Part shown: in pieces, positions 1 through 8,817 of the stretch
Position numbering within the stretch: the first letter of the stretch is position 1
Layout: the number at the start of each line of letters is the position of its first letter
Assembly: GCA_963703565.1 (NCBI GenBank)
Contig: CAVPEW010000018.1
Span: 610 to 64,609 of the forward strand
Source of the DNA: an uncultured Microthrixaceae bacterium
GTDB taxonomy: Bacteria > Actinomycetota > Acidimicrobiia > Acidimicrobiales > VFJN01
Direction: 5' to 3'
Length of the DNA stretch: 64,000 nucleotides
Program-made: the position numbers and the translations under genes
Notes under the pieces: generated by a model
The model's input: the letters and a program-made list of their open reading frames with translations, nothing else
What the model was told of the DNA's origin: nothing
Databases searched by the model: none

Positions 1-1663
1 CGGGACCATCCACGTGGTCGTGAACAACCAGATCGGGTTCACCACGACGCCCGAGTCGGCCCGCACAGGCTTCTACTGCACCGACGCGGCCAAGATGATC
101 CAGGCGCCGATCCTGCACGTGAACGGTGACGATCCCGAGGCGTGCGTGCGCGTCGCCCGCATCGCCTTCGCATACCGCCAGCGCTTCCACAAGGACGTGG
201 TCATCGATCTCGTCTGCTACCGCCGCCACGGCCACAACGAGGGTGACGACCCCAGCTACACCCAGCCCCTGATGTACGCCAAGATCGACAAGCGCCGTTC
301 GGTCCGCAAGCTCTACACGGAGTCGCTGGTCAAGCGTGGTCACCTCTCGCTGGAGGAGGCGGAGTCGGCCCTGGTGGATTTCCAGCAGCGCCTGCAAACG
401 GCGCTCGACGAAACCCGCCAGTCGGCCCCACCCTCGGTGGCGGCGGCCAGGGCCGCCCGGCCACCGGCGATCGTCGCGCCGTCGATGGGCACCGGGGTGG
501 ATCGGGCCCGGTTGGCGGAGATCTACGCCGCGCTGTCCAGGTTCCCCGACGGCTTCGAGGTCCATCCCAAGTTGCGCAAGCAGTTGGAGGCCCGCGACCG
601 GCTGTGGTCGGACGGCCTTGTCGACTGGGCGCTCGCCGAGGCACTCGCCTACGGCAGCGTGCTACTCGAGGGCACCGACATCCGGATCTCGGGCCAGGAC
701 ACTCGCCGGGGAACCTTCAGCCACCGTCATGCGGTCCTCATCGACCACCAGAGCGGCGACGAGTACGCCCCGCTCGCCCACCTGGACCCCGACCAGGCCA
801 AGTTCTGGATCTACGACTCGCTGCTGAGCGAGTACGCCGCGCTGGGCTTCGAGTACGGGTACTCCGTCGTAGCCAAGGACGCGCTGGTCGTCTGGGAGGC
901 CCAGTTCGGTGACTTCGTCAACGGCGCCTCGATCATCGTCGACCAGTTCCTCGTCGCGGCCGAGGACAAGTGGAGCCAGCGGTCGAACCTGGTGCTCTAC
1001 CTGCCCCACGGGTACGAGGGCCAGGGTCCCGAGCACTCGTCGGCACGGATGGAGCGCTTCTTGTCCGCTGCCGCCGGCGACAACATCCAGGTTGCCGATG
1101 TCACCCAGTCCGCTCAGCTGTTCCACCTCCTGCGACGTCAGGTCCGACGCGAGGTGCGCAAGCCGCTGGTGCTCTTCACCCCCAAGTCGCTGCTGCGGGC
1201 CCGCTCGTCGCGCTCGACGCTCGACGAGCTCAGCACCGGGAGCTTCCAGGAGGTGCTCGACGACCCGTCACCCCCGGAGCGCGATTCGGTGCGCCGGATC
1301 GCGCTCTGCACCGGCAAGATCGGCCACGAGGCGCTCGCCGCCCGAGACGAGTCGGGTGCGCCGCTCGCCGTGTTGAGGCTCGAGCAGCTCCACCCGTGGC
1401 CCTTCGACCGGCTCGACGAGCTGGTCGCCGGTTATCCCCGGGCCTCCGAGCTGGTGTGGTTGCAGGAGGAGCCCGAGAACATGGGCGCCTGGAACTTCGT
1501 CAAGGGGCGCCTCTACGAGCGGTTCGAGGACTCGCACGCGATCCGACGGGTCAGCCGTCCCGAATCCGGCAGCCCGGCGAGCGGGTCGGCGAGCGTGCAT
1601 GCCGTCGAGCAGCGCGCGCTGGTGCAGGAGGCGATGAACCTCGACGAAGCCGGCGCTGCGTAG
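1..1663 (+). CDS. sucA: 2-oxoglutarate dehydrogenase E1 component (SucA/Kgd), C-terminal ~550 aa; 5' end lies outside the window
   Basis: Frame is open from nt 2 (GTIHVVVNNQIGFTT). Family motifs RRHGHNEGDDP and LPHGYEGQGPEHSS are present. Stop at 1661-1663. Confidence 0.9.
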   Translation, partial: GTIHVVVNNQIGFTTTPESARTGFYCTDAAKMIQAPILHVNGDDPEACVRVARIAFAYRQRFHKDVVIDLVCYRRHGHNEGDDPSYTQPLMYAKIDKRRSVRKLYTESLVKRGHLSLEEAESALVDFQQRLQTALDETRQSAPPSVAAARAARPPAIVAPSMGTGVDRARLAEIYAALSRFPDGFEVHPKLRKQLEARDRLWSDGLVDWALAEALAYGSVLLEGTDIRISGQDTRRGTFSHRHAVLIDHQSGDEYAPLAHLDPDQAKFWIYDSLLSEYAALGFEYGYSVVAKDALVVWEAQFGDFVNGASIIVDQFLVAAEDKWSQRSNLVLYLPHGYEGQGPEHSSARMERFLSAAAGDNIQVADVTQSAQLFHLLRRQVRREVRKPLVLFTPKSLLRARSSRSTLDELSTGSFQEVLDDPSPPERDSVRRIALCTGKIGHEALAARDESGAPLAVLRLEQLHPWPFDRLDELVAGYPRASELVWLQEEPENMGAWNFVKGRLYERFEDSHAIRRVSRPESGSPASGSASVHAVEQRALVQEAMNLDEAGAA

Positions 1664-1664
1664 G

Positions 1665-2421
1665 GTGCCGCGGATGAAGGCCGACCTTGCCCGGTCCCCG
1701 GCGTCGATCGTAGGAGCACGTCGTGCGCAGTTCCGCGCCGCGTGGTTCGCCCTGCCGTTCCTGCTCGTCGTCGCCGCCTGCGCCGACGAGGACGAGGCCG
1801 CAACCCGGGAGCTCAGCGCCTCCACGTCGCAGGCCCCGCCTGGCTCGGGGCGCGACCGCTCGGGTGGCGACCCCTCGGCGGAGGTGGTCGTTCCCGACGG
1901 CTGGGTGGTGCTCGAGGGAGAAGGTGTGGCGTTGGCCGGTCCGCAGGACTGGGAGGTCGTCGACCTGAGCGGTGAGGACTTCTCGGAGCTGCTCGACCGT
2001 GCCGGGGGAGCTCAACGAGGAGATGGCCGCAGCCCTCACCGACGAGGTCCGCTCGCTGGCGAGCAGTGGAGCCATGCTGTTCGCGGCATCGCCCGCACCC
2101 GGCGGGTTCTTCGACAACGTCAACGTCATCGCCTTCCCTGATGCCGCACCCACCGCCGAGCTGCTACGACTCGGCGCGGTGGCCCAGATGGAGCAGGTGG
2201 GCGCTTCGGTGCTCGACAGCGGGGTGGTCGAGCTGCCGGCGGGTAGGGCCGTTCGCCTCGAGTACACGATCTCGGTGAAGGGCTCCGCCGGCGGTTCCGT
2301 GACCGGCGTTCAGTACTACGTGATCGGCGACGAGGAGACCCTCGTGGTGACGGTCACCTTGAGCCCGGGCACCGGCGCCGACCTCGCCGACCGCATGGCT
2401 CGCACGCTGGTGATCGGATGA
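1665..2421 (+). pseudogene. Putative secreted lipoprotein; reading frame interrupted by one extra base in a G5 run
   Basis: GTG at 1665, signal peptide and lipobox LLVVAAC. ORF 1665..2141 continues sensibly only in ORF 1972..2421: ...FSELLDRAG / ELNEEMAAALTDEV. The break is at ggggg 2004-2008. Confidence 0.55.
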
Positions 2422-2488
2422 GTGGACCCGTCTCGGCGGTCCGGGTCCGCGTGCGCCCGGCGGGCTTGTAGTTGACTACCGCTCCGTA

Positions 2489-4174
2489 ATGACGATCAAC
2501 CACGTCGTCGTAGACGGCTCCAATCTCGCCACCGAAGGTCGAACGCTGCCGAGCCTGGCGCAACTCGACGACGCGGTGAGGTCGTTCATCGAGCAGTACG
2601 AACCCGAGAAGGTCACCGTGGTGGTCGACGCGACCTTCCCGAACCGCATCGATCCCGAGGAGCGGCCCGCCTTCGAGGAGGCCACGGCCAACGCGGAACT
2701 GGTGACCCCGCCGGCGGGTGTGATCGGCCGCGGGGACGCCTTCCTGCTCGAGATCGCCGACCGCGCCGATGCGGTCGTGCTCTCGAACGACTCGTTCCAG
2801 GAGTTCCACGGTCAGTTCGGCTGGCTCTTCGACGGCGGCCGGTTGATCGGGGGCAAGCCCGTGCCCCATGTCGGATGGGTGTTCATGGACCGGGCTCCGG
2901 TGCGTGGACCGTTGTCTCGCAAGTCGGTCAACGACGCACGCAAGGCCGTCCGGACGGCCAAGGCAGGGACCGCCGCGACCGCGCCGACTTCGACGCCGGA
3001 CGCGGCGGCACCGGCCGCTGCCGCGGGGCCGGCCGCTGCCGCGATCGGCGGCTCTCCCCGCCGGACGCGGCGATCACGCCGGGCGCGCTCCGAGCCTGCC
3101 GCTCAGACGGTCGGCGCGCCGGCGAGCGGCGTCGCGCAGGGGCAAGGTCCGGCTCCGTCGGCGCCGGCGCCGGCGCCGGATCCGGATCCGGATGCAGCCA
3201 AGCCGGTTCGCGGGCGTCGTGGACGTGCTCGGGGCTCGGCGGGTGAGGGCAGCGGGCCCGACCCTTACAACGACCCGCTCCCGTTCATCGAGTTCGTCGG
3301 CGCCCATCCGGTCGGCTCGACGGTGGAGGCCACCGTCGAGCGGTTTTCCTCCCACGGCGCCTACGTGTTGGTCGGTGAGACCCGCTGCTACGTGCCCCTG
3401 GCGAACCTGGGTGATCCACCTCCGCGCAGCGCCCGGGAGGTTCTGGCCACCGACGGCCCTGTGACGATGGTCGTCGTCGCGTTCGACACGCCCCGCCGCG
3501 GGGTGGACCTGGCGTTGCCCGGTTTCGCCGTCAAGGATGCCGAGACCGTCGATGTCCCCGCTGCCGCTGTTGCCTCCGCGCCGGACGAGCAGGAGTTGGG
3601 CTCGTCGACGAGGGCGGAAGGCTCGAGGGCTGCAAGGGCCAGAGCTGCCGGGGCCGGAGCTGCAGAGCAGAAGGTTGCGACGAAGGCGGCAGCGACCAGA
3701 GCCGGAGCCGCGAGGGTTGGCGCCGCGAAAGCCGTGAGGAAGGCAGCTGTGACTGCCACGACGGCCAAGGCTGCTGCGGCAACGACCGAAGCTGCTGGCA
3801 CTGAGGCTGCTGGCACCGAGTCTGGACGCGCCAGAGCTGCAGTTGAGAAGGCCGGGAGCGCCAACGCTGTCGTGAAGAGGGCTGCCGGAACCAGGGCCGC
3901 TGTGAAGAAGGCCGCTGTGAAGAAGGCCGCTGTGAAGAAGGCCGCTGTGAAGAAGGCCGCTGTGAAGAAGGCCGCTGTGAAGAAGGCCGCTGTGAAGAAG
4001 GCCGCTGTGAAGAAGGCCGCTGTGAAGAAGGCCGTGGCTAAGAAGTCTGCCGCCACCAAGGCTGTAGTGAAGAAGGCCACTGCCGCGGCGCAAGGGGCCC
4101 CCCGCAGCAGGGCGGGTTCAGGGGCGACGGCCGGTGACTCGGCCGAGGCGCCGGAAGGCACTCGCGGCGCCTGA
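2489..4174 (+). CDS. NYN/Zc3h12a-like (PIN-like) ribonuclease domain + S1-like OB domain + Ala/Lys-rich histone-H1-like C-terminal tail
   Basis: 561-aa ORF. The N-terminus (VVVDGSNLA...DATFPNRIDP...GDAFLLEIADRADAVVLSNDSFQEF) matches my memory of the RNase_Zc3h12a/NYN signature. The middle (HPVGSTVEATVERFSSHGAYVLVGETRCYVPL...VVAFD) looks like an S1/OB domain. The C-terminus is (AAVKK)x9 plus related AKK repeats. Confidence 0.75.
   Translation: MTINHVVVDGSNLATEGRTLPSLAQLDDAVRSFIEQYEPEKVTVVVDATFPNRIDPEERPAFEEATANAELVTPPAGVIGRGDAFLLEIADRADAVVLSNDSFQEFHGQFGWLFDGGRLIGGKPVPHVGWVFMDRAPVRGPLSRKSVNDARKAVRTAKAGTAATAPTSTPDAAAPAAAAGPAAAAIGGSPRRTRRSRRARSEPAAQTVGAPASGVAQGQGPAPSAPAPAPDPDPDAAKPVRGRRGRARGSAGEGSGPDPYNDPLPFIEFVGAHPVGSTVEATVERFSSHGAYVLVGETRCYVPLANLGDPPPRSAREVLATDGPVTMVVVAFDTPRRGVDLALPGFAVKDAETVDVPAAAVASAPDEQELGSSTRAEGSRAARARAAGAGAAEQKVATKAAATRAGAARVGAAKAVRKAAVTATTAKAAAATTEAAGTEAAGTESGRARAAVEKAGSANAVVKRAAGTRAAVKKAAVKKAAVKKAAVKKAAVKKAAVKKAAVKKAAVKKAAVKKAVAKKSAATKAVVKKATAAAQGAPRSRAGSGATAGDSAEAPEGTRGA
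3896..4030 (+). repeat. Nine perfect tandem copies of the 15-bp unit gccgctgtgaagaag (in frame, AAVKK), followed by degenerate copies to ~4075
   Basis: Read directly: the unit repeats without mismatch from 3896 to 4030. The next unit, gccgtggctaagaag, is diverged. Confidence 0.95.
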
Positions 4175-4234
4175 GTCGCCGCTAGCGGCGGTGGGGACCC
4201 GGTCCAGGGGTCAAGGGCACCCTGTCGGGCCGGG

Positions 4235-4240
4235 TACCGT
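4235..4240 (+). promoter_or_regulatory. -10-like box TACCGT, 8 nt upstream of the xthA GTG (candidate leaderless start)
   Basis: TACCGT-gcccgccc-GTG(4249). There is no Shine-Dalgarno sequence between them. Confidence 0.4.
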
Positions 4241-4248
4241 GCCCGCCC

Positions 4249-5025
4249 GTGCGCGTCGCAACGTGGAACGTCAACTCGCTGGGCCAGCGACTCGCCCGCC
4301 TCGAGACCTGGCTCGCCGACGCGCAGCCCGACGTGGTGTGTCTACAGGAGACCAAGCTGGCCGATTCCGCCGTGCCGGCGTTGGCGCTGGCGGCTCTGGG
4401 CTACGAGATCGCCCACCACGGCGAGGGACGCTGGAACGGGGTGGCGATCTGCTCGCGGGTCGGCCTGACCGATGTCGTTGCGGGCTTCGCCGACGGCGTG
4501 GAAGCCGACGACCAGGCCCGCCTGGTCACTGCGACCTGCGGGGGGGTGCGGGTGTTGTCGGCTTACGTGCCCAACGGCCGCTCCCTGAGCGACGACCACT
4601 ACCGCTACAAGCTGCATTGGATGGCTCGCCTCGAACGCCACCTCGACGCCGTCGCGGATCCGACTGACCGGGTGCTGCTCTGCGGTGACCTGAACATCGC
4701 TCCCGCCGACATCGACGTCTGGGACCCGGCCGCGTTCGAGGGTTCCACCCATGTGAGCGGGCCCGAGCGCGAGGCGCTCGAGCGCCTCTTGGCCTGGGGC
4801 TTGCGCGACGTCTTCCGGGAGGCCTACCCGGGGGTGGGCGGCCTGTACTCGTGGTGGGACTACAGGGCCGGGAACTTCCACAAGGGCAAGGGCATGCGGA
4901 TAGACCACGTACTGGCCTCGAGACCTCTTGCCGACCGTGTCCGATGGGCGATCATCGATCGCAACGCCCGCAAGGGTGACAAGCCCTCCGATCACGCCCC
5001 CGTCCTCGTGGAGGTCGATCCGTGA
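4249..5025 (+). CDS. xthA: Exodeoxyribonuclease III
   Basis: 258 aa: MRVATWNVNS..., QETK, ...SDHAPVLVEV. These are typical EEP/ExoIII motifs. Confidence 0.9.
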   Translation: MRVATWNVNSLGQRLARLETWLADAQPDVVCLQETKLADSAVPALALAALGYEIAHHGEGRWNGVAICSRVGLTDVVAGFADGVEADDQARLVTATCGGVRVLSAYVPNGRSLSDDHYRYKLHWMARLERHLDAVADPTDRVLLCGDLNIAPADIDVWDPAAFEGSTHVSGPEREALERLLAWGLRDVFREAYPGVGGLYSWWDYRAGNFHKGKGMRIDHVLASRPLADRVRWAIIDRNARKGDKPSDHAPVLVEVDP

Positions 5026-5747
5026 CCCTTCAGCCCGACGATTCCGGCGCGGCCCTGGAGTCGGCCTGGCCGTCCCCGCCGCGCACAGAGCGACCCGTTC
5101 CGCTCACCGATTCCCAGGAGGAGCTGGTCCGTCTGGCGTCGGCGATCCGCGATGTCCTCCACCGCCTCGTGCGGACAGATGCCCCGCTCGGTCAGATCAG
5201 CGCCGCCGCCGACGCCCTCGAGGAGATCGCTCGCCGCTTCGGCGGTCACGGCAACGCCTCGATCTACGAGGGCTTCGGCGAGACCGCCAACAGCGGTGAT
5301 CCCAACGGCTTCTTCTTGCACAGCCCGGTCAGCGGCCACGCCAACCCGTTGGCCGCCCCGCTCGAGATATGGATGGACGGCGAGACGGTGCGAGGCCGCG
5401 GGGTGTACGGCGCCGCGTACGAAGGTCCGCCGGGCTGCCTGCACGGCGGGTACATCGCCGCCGCGTTCGACGAGGTGCTGGGCTCGGCGCAGTCGTTGTC
5501 GGGAGCGCCCGGGATGACCGGTCGTCTCAGCGTCAGCTACCGCAACCCGACGCCTCTGCACACCGAGCTGCGCTTCGAGGGTGAGCTCGTGGCCGTCGAG
5601 GGCCGCAAGATCTCCACGGCGGGTCGGCTCTACGCCGGGACGACCCTGTGCGCCGATGCCGAGGCGCTGTTCATCTCGATCGACTTCTCCAGGCTGGCCG
5701 GACTCATGGTGCGGCGAGCCGAGCGACGGGCGAGGAGCGAGCCCTAG
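5022..5747 (+). CDS. PaaI-family (hotdog-fold) thioesterase
   Basis: 241 aa; the GTG overlaps the xthA stop (GTGA). The CLHGGYIAAAFDEVLG core resembles PaaI/4HBT-type thioesterases. Confidence 0.6.
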   Translation: MTLQPDDSGAALESAWPSPPRTERPVPLTDSQEELVRLASAIRDVLHRLVRTDAPLGQISAAADALEEIARRFGGHGNASIYEGFGETANSGDPNGFFLHSPVSGHANPLAAPLEIWMDGETVRGRGVYGAAYEGPPGCLHGGYIAAAFDEVLGSAQSLSGAPGMTGRLSVSYRNPTPLHTELRFEGELVAVEGRKISTAGRLYAGTTLCADAEALFISIDFSRLAGLMVRRAERRARSEP

Positions 5748-5748
5748 C

Positions 5749-7821
5749 TCAGGCGCAGCCGCCCAGAGCGGCCAGCAGGCCGGGACCGAGGCGGCGCGCC
5801 AGCACCGGACCGACGCCGGGGATCCGGCCCAGCGAGTCCACGTCGGTCGGCCGTTGCCGGGCGACGCGCACCAGTACGTCGTCGCGTAGGACGGCCTCGG
5901 CGTCGACCGACGCGCCCCGCGCAGCGCTGGCGCGCCAACGGCGCAGCGAGGCGAGCTGCATCGGATCGGGTGGGCCGGGGCGTCCACGCGCGGGCTCGGC
6001 GTCCTTGCGGGCGGCAGCGTCGGCCAGCGAGCGACGGGCGACCTCGATGGCCGACGCCGACGCGTCGTCACGGTCTGGGCCTGCCTCAGCGCTGGGGCTG
6101 GGCGCGTCGGCGCTGCCCGTCGGGGCGAGCGTGTCGAGCAGAGAGGAGCGGGTCCGCTCCACCTGCTTGCCACCCAAGGTCCGCCGGCTGGCCCAGTGGA
6201 CCCGAAGCACCTCCGCGGCTCGGGTCATGGCGACGTGGGCGAGGCGTACCTCTTCGGCGCGCGCCGCGCTGGTGCGCGCATGGGCGATGGGGACCAGGCC
6301 CTCCTCGAACCCGGCGAGGTGAACGATGGGCCACTCGAGGCCCTTGGCGGCGTGGAAGGTGGCAAGGGTCACCTCGTCGCGGCGGGCGGAGGCGGGCTCG
6401 GGGCGCGAGGAGGCCAGCAGCCAGCGCACGAAAGCCTCGCCGTCCGCATCGGGGGCGAGGCGCCCGAACTCGGCGCCGAGATCCGCTACGAGGGCCAGAG
6501 CGGCCTCCGTGTCGGCCGGGGTGTGCCGATCCCGGCCGGGCCCGGAGGAGCCTGGGCTCTCGGTCCCGGCTCCCGCGCTCTGGCCGTCCAGGCTCAGGTC
6601 CACGAGGGCGCGCCCCAGCGGACCAGGTGTGCCCCGGAGCCGGTCGAGCACGGCGCGCACCGCCGGATCGGCGGTGACGGTCTCACCAGCGGCCCGATGG
6701 GGGATGTGCTCCGCCCGCAGAGCCTCCGCGATCAGGGGCATCTGGGCATGGGTGCGCACCAGGATCGCCTGGTCGGCCCAAGGGCGTCCGGGCCGGCGGG
6801 CGAGGCGAACCCCGCGGGCCAAGGCCAGTGCCTCGGCGCGGTCGTCGGCGTGGCCCTGCACGGAGACGGCGTCGCCGTCGCCCCGGGTGGCGACACCGCC
6901 GGCAGCAGAGGCCGCCTGCGCACCGAGCACGGCGGTGGCCGCAGCGAGGATCTGGGGCGTGGACCGGTAGCTGTGGCGCAGCTCGATCACCTCGACGCCG
7001 AGCCAGTGGCGCTCGATCCGCTGCAGGAAGCCGGGATCCGAGCCGTTGAAGCCATAGATCGCCTGGCGCGGGTCGCCCACCCCGCAGACGTCGTCTCGCC
7101 CGGCCCGCCAGGCCTCCAGCAGCCGCAGCTGCAGCGGGTTCGCGTCCTGGAGCTCGTCGACGAAGAGGTGCCGGAAGCGCCATCGTTGCGCCGCGGCGAA
7201 CCGCTCGTCCTGCTCGAGTGCGTGGGCACACAGCGCCAGTAGGTCATCGAAGTCGACCAGGCCGGAGTCGTGCTTGGCTCGCAGATAGCCCGCGAAGGCC
7301 TGGGCCACGGTCGCCGCCGGCAGGCCAGTCCGGCGCCGCGCCCTGAAGGCGGCATCGGGGTAGGCATCGGGAGCGATCATGCGGGCCTGGGCCCACTCGA
7401 TCTCACCCGCGACAGCCCGCAAGATCGCCGCTCGGGAACCCCGGCCGCCGGAGGGCACGATATCGGTGAGCAACTGGGTGCTTCGCTCCAGCAGCACGGG
7501 TGGCGATTGCCGGCGATCCGCCCAACGGGCCCGGAGCGTGGCGTAGGCCACGGCGTGGAACGTGCCGGCCGTGACCGGGTCCCGCAGACCCGCGCGTGCG
7601 AGGCGCGCGCCCAACTCGGCGGCAGCCTGGCGGGTGAAGGTCAGGGCCAGGACACGGCGCGGATCGGCATCGCCGTCGGCGACCCTCCGGGCGATCCGGC
7701 GGGTCAGCACCCGTGTCTTTCCCGATCCGGCCGGTGCCACGATGCACAGCGGAGCGGCCGCGGTCGTCACCGCGCGCCGCTGGTCGTCGTCGAGGTCGTC
7801 GAGGAGCCGCTCGGCGTCCAC
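5749..7821 (-). CDS. UvrD/PcrA-family ATP-dependent DNA helicase with C-terminal HRDC domain (UvrD2-like)
   Basis: 690 aa. Walker A APAGSGKT, and UvrD motifs TFTRQAAAEL and VDELQD. The C-terminal segment LRRWRASAARGASVDAEAVLRDDVLVRVARQRPTDVDSLGRIPGVGP is HRDC-like. Confidence 0.85.
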   Translation of the reverse strand: MDAERLLDDLDDDQRRAVTTAAAPLCIVAPAGSGKTRVLTRRIARRVADGDADPRRVLALTFTRQAAAELGARLARAGLRDPVTAGTFHAVAYATLRARWADRRQSPPVLLERSTQLLTDIVPSGGRGSRAAILRAVAGEIEWAQARMIAPDAYPDAAFRARRRTGLPAATVAQAFAGYLRAKHDSGLVDFDDLLALCAHALEQDERFAAAQRWRFRHLFVDELQDANPLQLRLLEAWRAGRDDVCGVGDPRQAIYGFNGSDPGFLQRIERHWLGVEVIELRHSYRSTPQILAAATAVLGAQAASAAGGVATRGDGDAVSVQGHADDRAEALALARGVRLARRPGRPWADQAILVRTHAQMPLIAEALRAEHIPHRAAGETVTADPAVRAVLDRLRGTPGPLGRALVDLSLDGQSAGAGTESPGSSGPGRDRHTPADTEAALALVADLGAEFGRLAPDADGEAFVRWLLASSRPEPASARRDEVTLATFHAAKGLEWPIVHLAGFEEGLVPIAHARTSAARAEEVRLAHVAMTRAAEVLRVHWASRRTLGGKQVERTRSSLLDTLAPTGSADAPSPSAEAGPDRDDASASAIEVARRSLADAAARKDAEPARGRPGPPDPMQLASLRRWRASAARGASVDAEAVLRDDVLVRVARQRPTDVDSLGRIPGVGPVLARRLGPGLLAALGGCA

Positions 7822-7828
7822 CCGCGCA

Positions 7829-7834
7829 ACGCTA
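7829..7834 (-). promoter_or_regulatory. -10-like box TAGCGT, 7 nt upstream of the helicase GTG (candidate leaderless start)
   Basis: Minus strand reads TAGCGT-tgcgcgg-GTG(7821). Confidence 0.4.
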
Positions 7835-7875
7835 CGCGCCGGGGGTGACGACGGGTCGCGCCGCGGCGAGCCCGA

Positions 7876-7881
7876 TACCGT
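7876..7881 (+). promoter_or_regulatory. -10-like box TACCGT, 6 nt upstream of ATG 7888 (candidate leaderless start)
   Basis: TACCGT-gcggcc-ATG. It sits in a 66-bp divergent intergenic region. Confidence 0.4.
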
Positions 7882-7887
7882 GCGGCC

Positions 7888-8232
7888 ATGGTGGAGATGG
7901 ACCTGGCGCCCTTCGAGGTGCTGGTGGGCGAGGCCCTAGATTCGATCCCGCCCGAGCTTGCGCGCCGCATGGACAACGTGGCCGTCGTCGTGCTCGACGG
8001 CACGCCACGCTCGGGCCTGCTCGGGCGCTACGAGGGGGTCCCGTTGCCGAGCCGCGACGCCGGTTACACCTCCGTGGCTCCTGACCGGATCACCATCTTC
8101 CGCTTGCCGATCCTGGCCCGTTGCGCCAGCGACGACGAGGTGCGTGAGCAGGTCCGCGTCACGGTGCTGCACGAGGTGGCTCACCACTTCGGAATCGGCG
8201 ACCGGCGTCTCGACGAGCTGGGCTACCGCTGA
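7888..8232 (+). CDS. Zincin-like metallopeptidase family protein (DUF1025-type)
   Basis: 114 aa with an HEVAHHFG zinc-binding motif near the C-terminus. Confidence 0.7.
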   Translation: MVEMDLAPFEVLVGEALDSIPPELARRMDNVAVVVLDGTPRSGLLGRYEGVPLPSRDAGYTSVAPDRITIFRLPILARCASDDEVREQVRVTVLHEVAHHFGIGDRRLDELGYR

Positions 8233-8252
8233 GCGCGCTCGCGGGGGCACGG

Positions 8253-8801
8253 GTGGCCATCTCGGTCGTGGGAGCGGACCGGCCCGGGATCGTGGCCGAG
8301 GTCGCGGCGGAGCTGGTGGCTCACGGCGCCGACGTGGAGGACTCGGCGATGACCCTGTTGCGGGGCCGCTTCGCGATGGTTCTCGTGGTGGCCTTGCCGG
8401 TCGCGGTGGCCGCCTCCGAGGTGGAGGTGGCGCTGTCGGCGCGACTCGCGCCGAGGGGCCTGGTCACCCACGTGGAGGTCCTCTCCACCGGGCCCGACCT
8501 AGGTCACTCCGAAGGGGTGCGTGAGCGGGCCTCCGCGTCTCGCTGGGCGTTGTCGGTGCACGGAGCCGACCGGCCCGGGATCGTGGCCGCTGTCACCGCC
8601 GTACTGGCGGGGCATCAGGTCAACATCGTCGGGTTGACGACCCGAGTGGTGGGCACCGACGACGACGTGTACGTGATGCTGCTCGAGCTGGACGTGCCCG
8701 CCGGCGTGGATGTCGATGCCGTGCGCTTCGAGCTCGCCGAGGCGGCTGAGCGGCTGGGGGTCGCGTGGCGGCTCTACCCCAGTGAGGGGGACGAGCTGTG
8801 A
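8253..8801 (+). CDS. Tandem ACT-domain protein (GcvR-like regulatory protein)
   Basis: 182 aa with two repeats of the VxGADRPGIVAxV...HxxNI ACT-type pattern. Confidence 0.65.
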   Translation: MAISVVGADRPGIVAEVAAELVAHGADVEDSAMTLLRGRFAMVLVVALPVAVAASEVEVALSARLAPRGLVTHVEVLSTGPDLGHSEGVRERASASRWALSVHGADRPGIVAAVTAVLAGHQVNIVGLTTRVVGTDDDVYVMLLELDVPAGVDVDAVRFELAEAAERLGVAWRLYPSEGDEL

Positions 8802-8817
8802 AGCGTTCTGCCCGGCG

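Noticed and set aside
3896-4075. Regular 15-bp repeats considered as a possible CRISPR-like or satellite array
   Set aside because: The units are directly adjacent with no spacers. They are far shorter than CRISPR repeats and lie in frame inside a long ORF, encoding AAVKK. This is a coding tandem repeat, not CRISPR.
4177-4190. 14-nt perfect palindrome cgccgctagcggcg just after the NYN-S1 gene stop, as a possible terminator
   Set aside because: As RNA it gives only a 5-bp stem with a 4-nt loop and has no U-tract. It is too weak to call.
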